Below are positions 45,498 to 55,253 of a DNA stretch of 64,000 nt, in pieces. Every line of letters starts with the position of its first letter. The first letter of the stretch is position 1. The notes beneath the pieces are model-generated. The model made no database searches. It worked only from the letters and a program-made list of their open reading frames with translations, and was not told where the DNA came from. The DNA is from Deltaproteobacteria bacterium (GTDB lineage: Bacteria > Desulfobacterota > Desulfobacteria > Desulfobacterales > JAFDMD01). Both the position numbers and the translations under genes were made by a program. Location: the NCBI GenBank assembly GCA_019306065.1, contig JAFDMF010000005.1, positions 843 through 64,842 on the forward strand, written 5' to 3'.

Positions 45498-48400
45498 ATG
45501 AAAAAGCAAAAGAGTAAAAAAACAGCGACAAATATCATCTTAATAATTATAATCTTCTTATTTTGCGGTTTTTATTTAAAAAAAGCATGCGAGGCATCGG
45601 ATGCAATAAATCCGGAAAAAACAAAAGGCTTTGTTTATTACAAACAAAATGTCGCTCCCATATTAGCAAAAACATGTTCTTCAAAGGATGAAAACGGGGT
45701 TTATGTATGTCATGGAAAAAGCGGAGCGGAAGCGGAAAAAGAGGAATACGCAAAGTTTCATAATGCTCCTTATCAAAATTCTCAGTATTGCCAAACCTGT
45801 CATACTCAAAAAAAGGGGAAATTTTCTTTTATACTTGATTCCCAAGGTAAAATATCAACTTCGGCTCAATACATACTATCTTATATAGAAGCGAAAAAAA
45901 AGGCGGTTCATAATAAAATACCGTTTGCAAAGATATTAAGAATGCCTCTTGTGGGGCAAGCCGGCGGATTCGGACTTTATCATAAGGGCGGAGAAATATT
46001 TAACGGCACATCGGACCCGCAATACAAAAAACTTGCGGAATGGGTAAGATTGGAAAACGAAGATATAAAAAAGGTTCTTGCTCAAAACAAAACCGAACAA
46101 TTTTTTGCAAAAAAAGTTTTGCCTGCATATGCAAGAAACTCATGCTTTAATCCGTCCTGTCATATATTTAATCACAGCTCCTTTTTGCCGGATGCGGGAA
46201 TGGAAACCGAAGATTTAAATACCAAAATAGAAAACAGATTTTCTTTAGAGCAAATCCGGTTCAACCGAATGACTTCAAAAGGTTTGATACAGCATAATGT
46301 TTATTTGACCGGAGATGTCGAACAAAGCAGAATTTTAAAAAAAAACATACCTATTAATCAAGGCGGAGTTCTTCACAGAGGCGGAAACGATCAGTTTTTT
46401 ACCGGACCGGACGATCCCGATTATAAAATATTAAAAGAATGGCTTATGATGGAGCGCGAAGATGCCGTATCAAAACTTAAAACAAACGGCAAAAAAATCA
46501 AGCCTTCTATGGTAGGCAAGCTTCAAGGGATAGTATTTGTCCGAACAAAAACAAAAAATTACAGAAAATATCTTGACGTAGGAAAATATATGCCAGGCGC
46601 GGATTTATATCTGTTAAAATTAAAAGAAGGGGAGACGCTACAAAATACTACAAGCAAGCCTATAAACCTTACCGCCCGTTTTCGTAAAGGCAAAGAGGCG
46701 GATATAAGAGAGCCGGATATAAGATACGACGGACAAGCAATTTTATTTGTAATGAGAATAGGCGAAGCCGATAATCTCAATATATATGAACTTACGGCAG
46801 ATTCAAACCTTGATTTTTCAAAAGGAACATTAAGAAAGCTTACTTACGGACACAAATATATAAACGGAATAAAGATTCATTATACGGATCCTACTTATGT
46901 TCCCGATCCTGCGGACAAAAATGCGGCGGCAGGGGGATATAACCTTGATAAAGCGGATATAGTATTTGCTTCCAATATAAGCGGATATATGGTTCAAAGC
47001 GAAGAACGCGGCATAGTAGGGGAGGCGGATGCGGGAGATACAACAACCATAATAGATTTTGACAGACCCGAAACGGATAATACATTTGTAGGAAAAAGAA
47101 TCTATATAGTTGACGGAACAAACAAAGGAGAACGGAGAACAATAATAGATTTTAAAAATCGGCTTTTTACTCAAGAAAAACGCTCTTACATAACCGTAGA
47201 TCGCCCCTTTGCAAAACCTATCGATAATTCTACTATATATGTAATAGAGCGGGATAAAAACAGCCAACCCGGATTTCTGCCTTCATATTCGGTATATGGC
47301 ATAAAATATCCCGAGCCATTACAAGAAAAAGAGAATTATAATCAAACCCTGTCCCGAATCACCTACGGAATAGCCCAAGAACTCGATATTAGCGTCCGAA
47401 CCACCGGCGAAGTTTTTTTTACGGGGCAGCGCTCATTTACGGATAAATACGACAGACCTATCTTTCATCTTACAAGCTGCAGAAGACATCTTGATACAAG
47501 ATTTAGTTTTCCCACACATCAGGGAAACAGATCGGAAGTTATAATATATGCGGATAACTACGAAATGCCAAGCGGAATAGATATACACGTAGGTATGGAA
47601 CCTCGCAATTTATGGGAAGGAGGCAATTTAAACGTATCGGATCATCAGATGGGTCCAGGGCTTGAAGCAAGAAACCCTAATGATTTTTCCACCGGATATT
47701 TTGACGAAAACAAAATGCCCGTAACCGAAAATGTCAAAATATCCAATACAAGATACAATTTCAAAAATAAAAAACAGCCCTCTCATACAAGATTCATATT
47801 TAAAAAAATATCCCTTTTCCCTTTAAGAGGACCCAATGCGGTATCTCGAACAGGATATTCTCCAGGCGGAGTATTTAAAGATTCTACGCCGCTTCCAAAC
47901 GGAGACATTCTGGTTTCACATTCCGATAAACCAATAAATAATCTCAATCCGAAAGCAAACCCGGATTTTGATCTATACATTATAAAGCCGGATCCAAGCT
48001 TTCATTCCGAAGGCGGAAAAACAAACCCGAAAGTTAAAAAAGTAAAAATAGCCGCGGCATCAAAAGCCGGAACAAGCGAAGTTCAGGCATATCCGCTTTA
48101 TATAAGACTAAAACCGAAAATAAATGCGGCAAAAAGACCAAAGAAAGAACATCTTATAGGACCCGCTGGAAAACCGGAAGACAGCCGTCCGGCAGTATAT
48201 CTTGAAAGAAACTACCTTTTAATAGATGCAATAATGGATAATCCGTCTCCGGTAGGCAAAAATACCGCATATCCTGCAAATCCGATGACGGGCGCAAAAA
48301 TCGCTCCCATAGATGAAGTTAAATATGTAAGAATGATAGAAGTTATGCCAACAAAGCCCGATCTTGCCAAAAAAGTGGATACAAATAAAATAAAAAACAA

Positions 48401-49153
48401 AGATCCGCAAAGCACGCAGTTTGCGAAGCCCCCCTTGAAAGCGACGGCTCAATATACATAAAAGTTCCTTCTAAAATATCTATGGTAATACAAAGCCTTA
48501 ATGCGGATAAAATGGCTTTGCGGCAGTCTGCCAGACTTTATTTCTTTGCTCCTAACGAACTATTTACAATATCTCCGTCAAAAAGCGAAACCTTCCAAAC
48601 CTGCGGAGCATGTATGGGAGCTATGTCCGGAGACCCAAAAAAACTATTCGGACCCATAAACAAATTTACAGGGCAGACAAAAGTAAAGGCAATAGCAAAT
48701 GCAAACGGAAACCCAAAAGAATACGGAATAAAACCGGAACAAAGAATTGCAATGGATTTTGTAAAAGATATTCAGCCCATATTAAATAAAAACTGCGTTG
48801 CCTGCCACAACGGAAACAACGCCCCTACAGGCTTATCCTTTGGCGACAAAAAAACCTATTATTACAACGAGGCTTATGAAAACCTAATGCAACTTCAAAA
48901 TCCGCAAAGCGGATGGTATTCTCATAAAAAATATATAGAAGAAAGAGGCGCCCTTGCAATAAAAAGTTATTTAATAGAAAAGGTTTACGGCAAAGAACTT
49001 AAAGCGCCGCGTAAACTTTCCGGAGATACTCCGCATCCGAGTATGGAGCTTATAAAAAAATACAACTTAAACATAACTCCGCTTAACCAAAAAGAAAAAC
49101 TTACTCTGGTAAGATGGGTAGATATGGGCGCGGCGTTTATGGGCGGAGAGTAA
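45498..49153 (+). pseudogene. Very large exported protein with repeated Cys/His (cytochrome-c-like, PSCyt-type) modules and a TolB-like beta-propeller region; two ORFs joined by an apparent 1-nt frameshift in a C6 run
   Basis: ORFs 45498-48461 and 48482-49153. The second frame is open back to 48389 and reads ...APLESDGSIYIKVPSKISMVIQSLN across the junction. The N-terminal anchor is hydrophobic. Motifs: YCQTCH, CVACHNG, CFNPSCH and FVKDIQPILNKNC. Confidence 0.6.
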
Positions 49154-49214
49154 AGGAAGCGAGATACAAAAGACGAAATATTAAAATCTAATTATAAACA
49201 ACGGAATTATAACG

Positions 49215-52200
49215 ATGATAAAAAAAATAAAACCTCAAAAAACAATTTACATAACAATGATAATAGCTGCCGTATTAATTTTAAGCTGTATTCCGCAAAA
49301 TAAATCCGGCGGCAAAGATAACGAAAAGTTTTTAAAAAATTCCGAATCCGTATCATATCCTTCGATATACGGAATTTTAACAAGCGATAGATGGGCTTAT
49401 TCGGCTCAATACAAAAAAGCCGATTTAACCCCCGTAAAAAATAATAATCCGTATCCGGAACCTCAGCCTCATCGCGATCATCCTCAAAGTCTGGCGCTAT
49501 CTGCAGACGGAGTAAAACTATACATAACCCTTACGGGAAACGAAGCCGAACCCGGAAACCAAATTGCGGTTTTTGATATTACATTAAAAAAAGTAATAAA
49601 AAAAATAAAAGTAGGTTTAAGTCCATATTATCTTGCTCTTCATCCTAACGGAAAGTTTTTGGTAGTTATAAACCGATTTTCCAATTACGCCTCTGTTATC
49701 AATACAAAAACCGATACGGTAACAAACGAAATACCTCTTGATTTTTACTGCCAAGAAATCCTGTTTAATAAAAAAGGAACAAAAGCTTACGTTAGTAACA
49801 GATACTTAAATCAAATATTTGTGTTAAACATAAAAGCCAAAAAAAATCTACTTAAAGCAAAAATACAATTGCTCGGCGGATTTGACGAAACAAGCTTCAA
49901 ACAAAAAATCTATCCGATTTTAAACAAAACCTGCGGAGTTTCAAACTGTCACGCGGCAAATACGGGAGGTTTTTATGCAGGCAAAAATTATCTTGAAACC
50001 TTCTTTTCCGCAATCGAAAACTCGACTGCCGGAGACGCGAATAACAGCATCTTATTAAAAGCGATTATATCAACCGAAGAGGGTGGATTTGCAGATGATT
50101 TAAGCGGAAACAACTTTCACGCTGCAGGAACGGTAGTATTTAAAAAGGATAATGCCGAATATAAAAGGATAGAAAACTGGATAAATACCGCAAAACAGGG
50201 ACCCGGTATTCCCGTAGGAAATTTCGGTTCCAAACCTGCAAGCCTCTATCTAAGTAAAAATGAAAAATATCTGTATGCGGGCAACATGGGAACCCAAGAT
50301 ATATCCGTAATAGATGCCGATAAAAACGAAGAGGTTACGGGAATATACATGCAAAACATAATATTAGATATTTGCGGATATTACGATAAAAAAATCGAAA
50401 AAGAATTCTTAATAGCAGGCTCAATGGGAATAGGGTTTGGCGCGGCAAAAGAAAGAGACTTCTTTGGAGGAGAAACCGAAAGCCCAAACAATCCCGCAGC
50501 TCAATATTCGGTTTTACGAGATATAGAAACTACCGAACCCCTGCCTATAAATCAGCAAAAAATACTCGGAAAATTCGACGCCATAGACGGAACTGCAGCA
50601 TATAAAATGACAGACATTCAAAACGATATAACCTTAATTGACGCCAAAACCCTCAACATACCCAAAACCGTAAAAAACCGAAACTATTTACAATATGCTC
50701 TTCTCGCCAATCGTTACGAAGCCCATAAAAACTGGGTAAGATATACCTCCGATTCCGCGGAAATCCTTCCTCATGAGATAAGCGGAGACATACCTCCGGA
50801 ACTTCAAAGAGTTATAGGCGCATATCCGGTTTGCGTAAAAACAAATCAAAACAGGTTATATACATTAATGATGGGAACATACCAGCTTGTAGAATGGAAA
50901 ATAAACCCGAATGCAGAAGAATCTTCCGAATATCTTATACCCATAAAAATGTATAAAACCGGAATAATGCCAAAAGACATAGCAATAGGCAAAAAAGGAA
51001 CAATTGCCGAAAATCTGCTTTTTGTAAGCAATTTTTTAGGGGAAACCATAAGCGTTATAAATAAAAAAACAGGCATTTCAAAAGAATATATAGTAGGCGA
51101 TCTAACCCGTCCTTTTCCGGATACAAACGCGGAACGCGGAGAAGTATTTGTAAATACGGCAGTATTTTCGGTTGATAAAGATACGTCTTGCACATCCTGC
51201 CACATAAATCATACAAACGACGCGAGAGGCTGGGGAGCAGGGCAGGCAATAGCTCAAATGAAAGACGGAAAATTTGTAAACGGCGGACTTTTGGGAATTC
51301 CGCAAATAAAAAACCTATTTGCAACTCAGCCTTTTTATTTTGAAGGAACCCATACATGCTTTGACGCTCAATTTGACGACGCAAGAGAACATGTAGCGCT
51401 TCAAGGATTTTTGGAAAAAAGTCCAAATGGTGATTTTACAAATATTAATCATCCAATTCCCGCAAACCAAAGAAAAAAAGAGCATGAAGAGATACAAGAT
51501 AAAATGTCAACAGATTCATTCGGAGAAATCTATGCGGATTTAAACGAACGCCGAGATGAAATGATAAGACAACTTAGTATGAAATATTTCGGCAAAGCTT
51601 ATAATTTTCGAGATTTTCAGAGATTTATAGGCGAATTTCAGGCTGCGGAAACAAGACTTAATCCAAACCCTTACGATCAAAAGAATCCATCGGTTATAAG
51701 AGGAAAAAAACTGTTTAACAGATTAGATACAAGCTGCATTGTTTGCCATTCCGCACCGGAATTTACAAATAAAAGCGAAAAACTTTTTAACAACAACGAG
51801 AGAACCCTTCCTGCTGTAGTAAGTTTTACAAAAAGAGAAAAAGCATTTACATTGGTAGGACCGCATTGGATGGATAAGGCAAACAATTATAAAAGAGATC
51901 TGGAATACTGGGAAGAAGGACGAGTAGAAAGAAAACAAGGAAACGTTACCGTATTTCAATTAAGAGGACTTTTCGACAGACCCTTTGCATTTTTACACAA
52001 TGGAAGAGCCGTATCCGTAAGAGAAGCAATAGCGGCTCCGGATCATTACTCTTTAAGAAAATTTAAATACCCCGTATTAAGAGGCGGAGAAAACGTCCGA
52101 AAAAACCGCGCGGAACGCGGATTTAATGAATTAAGCTTTATAGAGGAAAAAACTTACATGATGGATACTCATGGCGGAACTTCCCATCTTAATACCATTC

Positions 52201-52241
52201 AAATCGGAGATTTGGAAAATTTTTTGCTTTCGATAGAGTAA
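49215..52241 (+). CDS. Lipoprotein-like exported protein: YVTN-type beta-propeller repeats plus a C-terminal di-haem cytochrome-c-peroxidase/MauG-like domain
   Basis: The signal peptide has a lipobox-like LILSC. Propeller repeats include LYITLTGN...IAVFDI...YYLALHPNGKFLVVINRFSNYASVINTKT. Haem motifs are SCTSCH and SCIVCH, and the CCP-like tail is LRGLFDRPFAFLHNGRAVSVREAI. Confidence 0.65.
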   Translation: MIKKIKPQKTIYITMIIAAVLILSCIPQNKSGGKDNEKFLKNSESVSYPSIYGILTSDRWAYSAQYKKADLTPVKNNNPYPEPQPHRDHPQSLALSADGVKLYITLTGNEAEPGNQIAVFDITLKKVIKKIKVGLSPYYLALHPNGKFLVVINRFSNYASVINTKTDTVTNEIPLDFYCQEILFNKKGTKAYVSNRYLNQIFVLNIKAKKNLLKAKIQLLGGFDETSFKQKIYPILNKTCGVSNCHAANTGGFYAGKNYLETFFSAIENSTAGDANNSILLKAIISTEEGGFADDLSGNNFHAAGTVVFKKDNAEYKRIENWINTAKQGPGIPVGNFGSKPASLYLSKNEKYLYAGNMGTQDISVIDADKNEEVTGIYMQNIILDICGYYDKKIEKEFLIAGSMGIGFGAAKERDFFGGETESPNNPAAQYSVLRDIETTEPLPINQQKILGKFDAIDGTAAYKMTDIQNDITLIDAKTLNIPKTVKNRNYLQYALLANRYEAHKNWVRYTSDSAEILPHEISGDIPPELQRVIGAYPVCVKTNQNRLYTLMMGTYQLVEWKINPNAEESSEYLIPIKMYKTGIMPKDIAIGKKGTIAENLLFVSNFLGETISVINKKTGISKEYIVGDLTRPFPDTNAERGEVFVNTAVFSVDKDTSCTSCHINHTNDARGWGAGQAIAQMKDGKFVNGGLLGIPQIKNLFATQPFYFEGTHTCFDAQFDDAREHVALQGFLEKSPNGDFTNINHPIPANQRKKEHEEIQDKMSTDSFGEIYADLNERRDEMIRQLSMKYFGKAYNFRDFQRFIGEFQAAETRLNPNPYDQKNPSVIRGKKLFNRLDTSCIVCHSAPEFTNKSEKLFNNNERTLPAVVSFTKREKAFTLVGPHWMDKANNYKRDLEYWEEGRVERKQGNVTVFQLRGLFDRPFAFLHNGRAVSVREAIAAPDHYSLRKFKYPVLRGGENVRKNRAERGFNELSFIEEKTYMMDTHGGTSHLNTIQIGDLENFLLSIE

Positions 52242-52592
52242 AATTAAAAAATTTAGAAGTTTAAAAAATTAAAAAAGGTAAAGATATGAAATGTCCTCAT
52301 TGTAATATAGGAATAAGAGAAGTATGGCAGAAAGATACCGATTTCGTAAAACTTGTAGAAACAGATTCGGTTTATCTCCATAATGTGAATAATACTTTAA
52401 AGTTTACATAAGACCTCTTATCAGACCTTGTATAAATAATTATTTTAATACAAACTTGTAAGGCTTTTAAATATTTGTAAATTGTTAATCGGCTTAATAG
52501 AAATTTTCGCTCTGTTGACTTTAAAATAATAAAATGCTAATCGACAAACCAATACTTTCATAACCTACGCAACCTACAAAATTAAAAATAAA

Positions 52593-53948
52593 ATGCAAAT
52601 TTTAAAACAACTTATCAACAGCGCCTCGAATAAGCTTTATACGGTATCTGAACTTAATACAGGCATAAAAAAACTTCTTGAAGAAAAATTTCCTCTAATT
52701 TGGATATGCGGAGAAATATCCAATTTTAAAACCCCTTCTTCAAATCATTATTACTTTACATTAAAAGATAATAAATCTCAAATGTCGGCGGTAATCTTTG
52801 CAAATCAGAATATGTATCTTAAATTTATGCCGGAAAACGGCATGAAAATAAAAGGTATAGGCAGAATAAGCCTATATGAACCAAGAGGCGCGTATCAGAT
52901 TATATTTGAACATATAGAGCCTTACGGATTAGGAGAATTGCAGGCGGCGTTTGAGCATTTAAAAGTAAAGCTTGAAAAAGAAGGATTATTTGACCAATCC
53001 TTTAAAAAACCGATATCCTTTTTGCCCAAAAAAATAAGCGTTGTATCTTCGCCTACAGGAGCGGTTATTCACGATATACAAACTGTTATAAAAAGACGCT
53101 ACCCTAACATCCATATTGAAATAGTTCCCGTAAAGGTGCAGGGAGAAAACGCCGAACAAGAGATAACCGAAAGCATAAATTTGCTAAACAGGCTTAATAA
53201 TACAGATATTATAATACTGGCAAGAGGCGGTGGATCGTTAGAAGATCTTGCCGCTTTTAATACCGAAATTGTTGCAAGAGCAATATTTGCCTGTAAAATT
53301 CCTATTATATCTGCGATAGGGCATCAAACCGATTTTACCATAGCAGATTTTACGGCAGATTTAAGAGCCCCTACCCCATCTGCAGCGGCAGAGCTTGCCG
53401 TTCCGGTAAAAGCGGAACTTGAGCATAAAATTTTTCTACTTTATAACAGAGCCTATTCCCTGCTTTTAAATAGTTTGGAAAAAGAGAAAAAGCAGATAGA
53501 TCATCTTACGGTAAGAATAGTTAATCCGAGAAAAAAAATAGACGATTTACGCTTAAAAATAGATGACTTATGCTTAAAAATGTCAAGAGTGATTCGAAAT
53601 AAGCTGCAAATTTATAATGAAAGGCTTAAATGGAAAAAAAGCGGACTTAATATAAAAGAATTGGAAAAAAGAATATACGAACTTAAATCAAAACTTTATA
53701 CTTTAAATAACAACATATTGATAAATTTAAATATTGACTATAGAAAACAACAGCTTGAAAGAGCCTTTTTACGAATAAAAATTTTAAAGCCGGAACATAT
53801 ATTAAAACTCGGATACGGCATAATACGAAAAACAGAGGATAATAAACTGATTAAAAGTATAAAAGATATTAAAACAGGCGATAATCTTGAAATAAAAATA
53901 TCCGACGGTTATATAGAATGCAATATAAAACGCTTGAAGGGAATTTAA
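52593..53948 (+). CDS. xseA: Exodeoxyribonuclease VII large subunit
   Basis: 451 aa. The N-terminal OB fold (WICGEISNFK..SNHYYFTLKD), IILARGGGSLEDL and a C-terminal coiled coil are present, and xseB follows. Confidence 0.9.
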   Translation: MQILKQLINSASNKLYTVSELNTGIKKLLEEKFPLIWICGEISNFKTPSSNHYYFTLKDNKSQMSAVIFANQNMYLKFMPENGMKIKGIGRISLYEPRGAYQIIFEHIEPYGLGELQAAFEHLKVKLEKEGLFDQSFKKPISFLPKKISVVSSPTGAVIHDIQTVIKRRYPNIHIEIVPVKVQGENAEQEITESINLLNRLNNTDIIILARGGGSLEDLAAFNTEIVARAIFACKIPIISAIGHQTDFTIADFTADLRAPTPSAAAELAVPVKAELEHKIFLLYNRAYSLLLNSLEKEKKQIDHLTVRIVNPRKKIDDLRLKIDDLCLKMSRVIRNKLQIYNERLKWKKSGLNIKELEKRIYELKSKLYTLNNNILINLNIDYRKQQLERAFLRIKILKPEHILKLGYGIIRKTEDNKLIKSIKDIKTGDNLEIKISDGYIECNIKRLKGI

Positions 53949-53951
53949 AAA

Positions 53952-54182
53952 ATGAATAAAAAAGAGCAGGATTTTGAAACCGCTATAAAAAAGCTTGAAG
54001 ATATAGTTTTGAAAATGGAAACAGGCGAATTATCTTTAGATGAATCTTTAAAAAAATTTGAAGAAGGAATAAAATTATCAAAATTTTGTTCGGACAAACT
54101 TAATGAAGCCGAAGAAAAAATCAGCATGCTGGCAAAAGAGCATAAATTAAATTTGAAAGGAAAAGATGGAATTTTCTCTTAA
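53952..54182 (+). CDS. xseB: Exodeoxyribonuclease VII small subunit
   Basis: 76 aa. FETAIKKLEDIVLKMETGELSLDESLKKFEEGIKL is the classic XseB pattern. Confidence 0.9.
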   Translation: MNKKEQDFETAIKKLEDIVLKMETGELSLDESLKKFEEGIKLSKFCSDKLNEAEEKISMLAKEHKLNLKGKDGIFS

Positions 54183-55071
54183 AGATTATCTACGTAAAAA
54201 AGAAAAAATTATAAACGACAAACTTAATTCCATAATGACGCGGCTTTCGAATAACAGCTTAATGCGCGAAACTATGACTTATTCTCTTATGGCTGGCGGA
54301 AAACGTCTCCGCCCTATTCTATGTTTGGCTGGCGCAGAAATAGTAAAATCGGATTATAAAAAGGCGGTTACTACGGCATGCGCTATTGAAATGATTCATA
54401 CATATTCTTTAATACACGATGATCTTCCGGCTATGGACAACGATGAACTAAGGCGAGGCATGCCTACGCTGCATATTAAATACAAAAAATATAGAGGGGA
54501 AGCCATAGCAATTCTTGCAGGAGACGGACTTTTGACTTTGGCTTTTGAGATAATGCTTTCAGACGCCGCAAAAGCTAAAAATCCGCTTCCTTTAATAAAA
54601 GCTGCAAATCTTATAGCAGATGCCGCAGGTTATAATAACATAATTGCAGGTCAAACCGAAGATATATTATCCGAAGGCAAAAAACGGACTCTATCAAAGA
54701 TTGAAAAAATAGATTCTTTAAAAACAGGCGCATTAATCAACGCTTCCGTATTATCAGGAGCAATTATAGGAGGCGCAGATTTGAAGCGGCAAAAATCGCT
54801 TGAAATTTACGCAAAAAATATCGGATTTGCTTTTCAGATTACAGACGACATACTAAACGTAGTCGGAGATCAGAAAACTATGGGAAAAGCTGTTGGAACA
54901 GATAAAACAAATCTTAAAAACACATTCCCTGATATTATGGGGCTTGACAAATCGAAAAAATATGCCGAAAACCTTATAAAAAATGCGTTAAAAGCGCTTG
55001 ATAAGTTTGACGATAAACTTGCGGAACCGTTAAAGGCGGTAGCCCTCTATGTTATAGAGCGCAATAAGTAG
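54166..55071 (+). CDS. ispA: Polyprenyl (farnesyl/geranyl) diphosphate synthase
   Basis: First Asp-rich motif LIHDDLPAMDNDELRRG and second motif FQITDDILN. It lies in the conserved xseB-ispA-dxs arrangement. Confidence 0.85.
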   Translation: MEFSLKDYLRKKEKIINDKLNSIMTRLSNNSLMRETMTYSLMAGGKRLRPILCLAGAEIVKSDYKKAVTTACAIEMIHTYSLIHDDLPAMDNDELRRGMPTLHIKYKKYRGEAIAILAGDGLLTLAFEIMLSDAAKAKNPLPLIKAANLIADAAGYNNIIAGQTEDILSEGKKRTLSKIEKIDSLKTGALINASVLSGAIIGGADLKRQKSLEIYAKNIGFAFQITDDILNVVGDQKTMGKAVGTDKTNLKNTFPDIMGLDKSKKYAENLIKNALKALDKFDDKLAEPLKAVALYVIERNK

Positions 55072-55149
55072 AAATAGCGTTGTATAACTTCTTATTTTAC
55101 CCGTTTTCTGCGTTGAAAATTTTTTCTCCTTATAGCTATTGTTTTTTTT

Positions 55150-55186
55150 GCTTGTCATTTCGACGAGCGCGGCGAGGAAAAATCTC
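55150..55186. repeat. Family-2 repeat, single arm
   Basis: GCTTGTCATTTCGACGAGCGCGGCGAGGAAAAATCTC, in the ispA-dxs gap, next to a copy of the 26-nt family-3 motif (55094-55119). Confidence 0.7.
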
Positions 55187-55253
55187 ATAATTGATTTTAG
55201 ACAAGAGAGGATTATAAGGGATATAAATATAAACTTATGAAAGATATAAACAG

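Noticed and set aside
52286-52411. A 41-codon ORF, MKCPHCNIGIREVWQKDTDF..., with a CxxC pair, downstream of the peroxidase-like gene.
   Set aside because: It has only one CxxC pair (half a zinc ribbon), a weak RBS and no recognisable family. It could be a gene fragment, and the evidence is insufficient to call a CDS.
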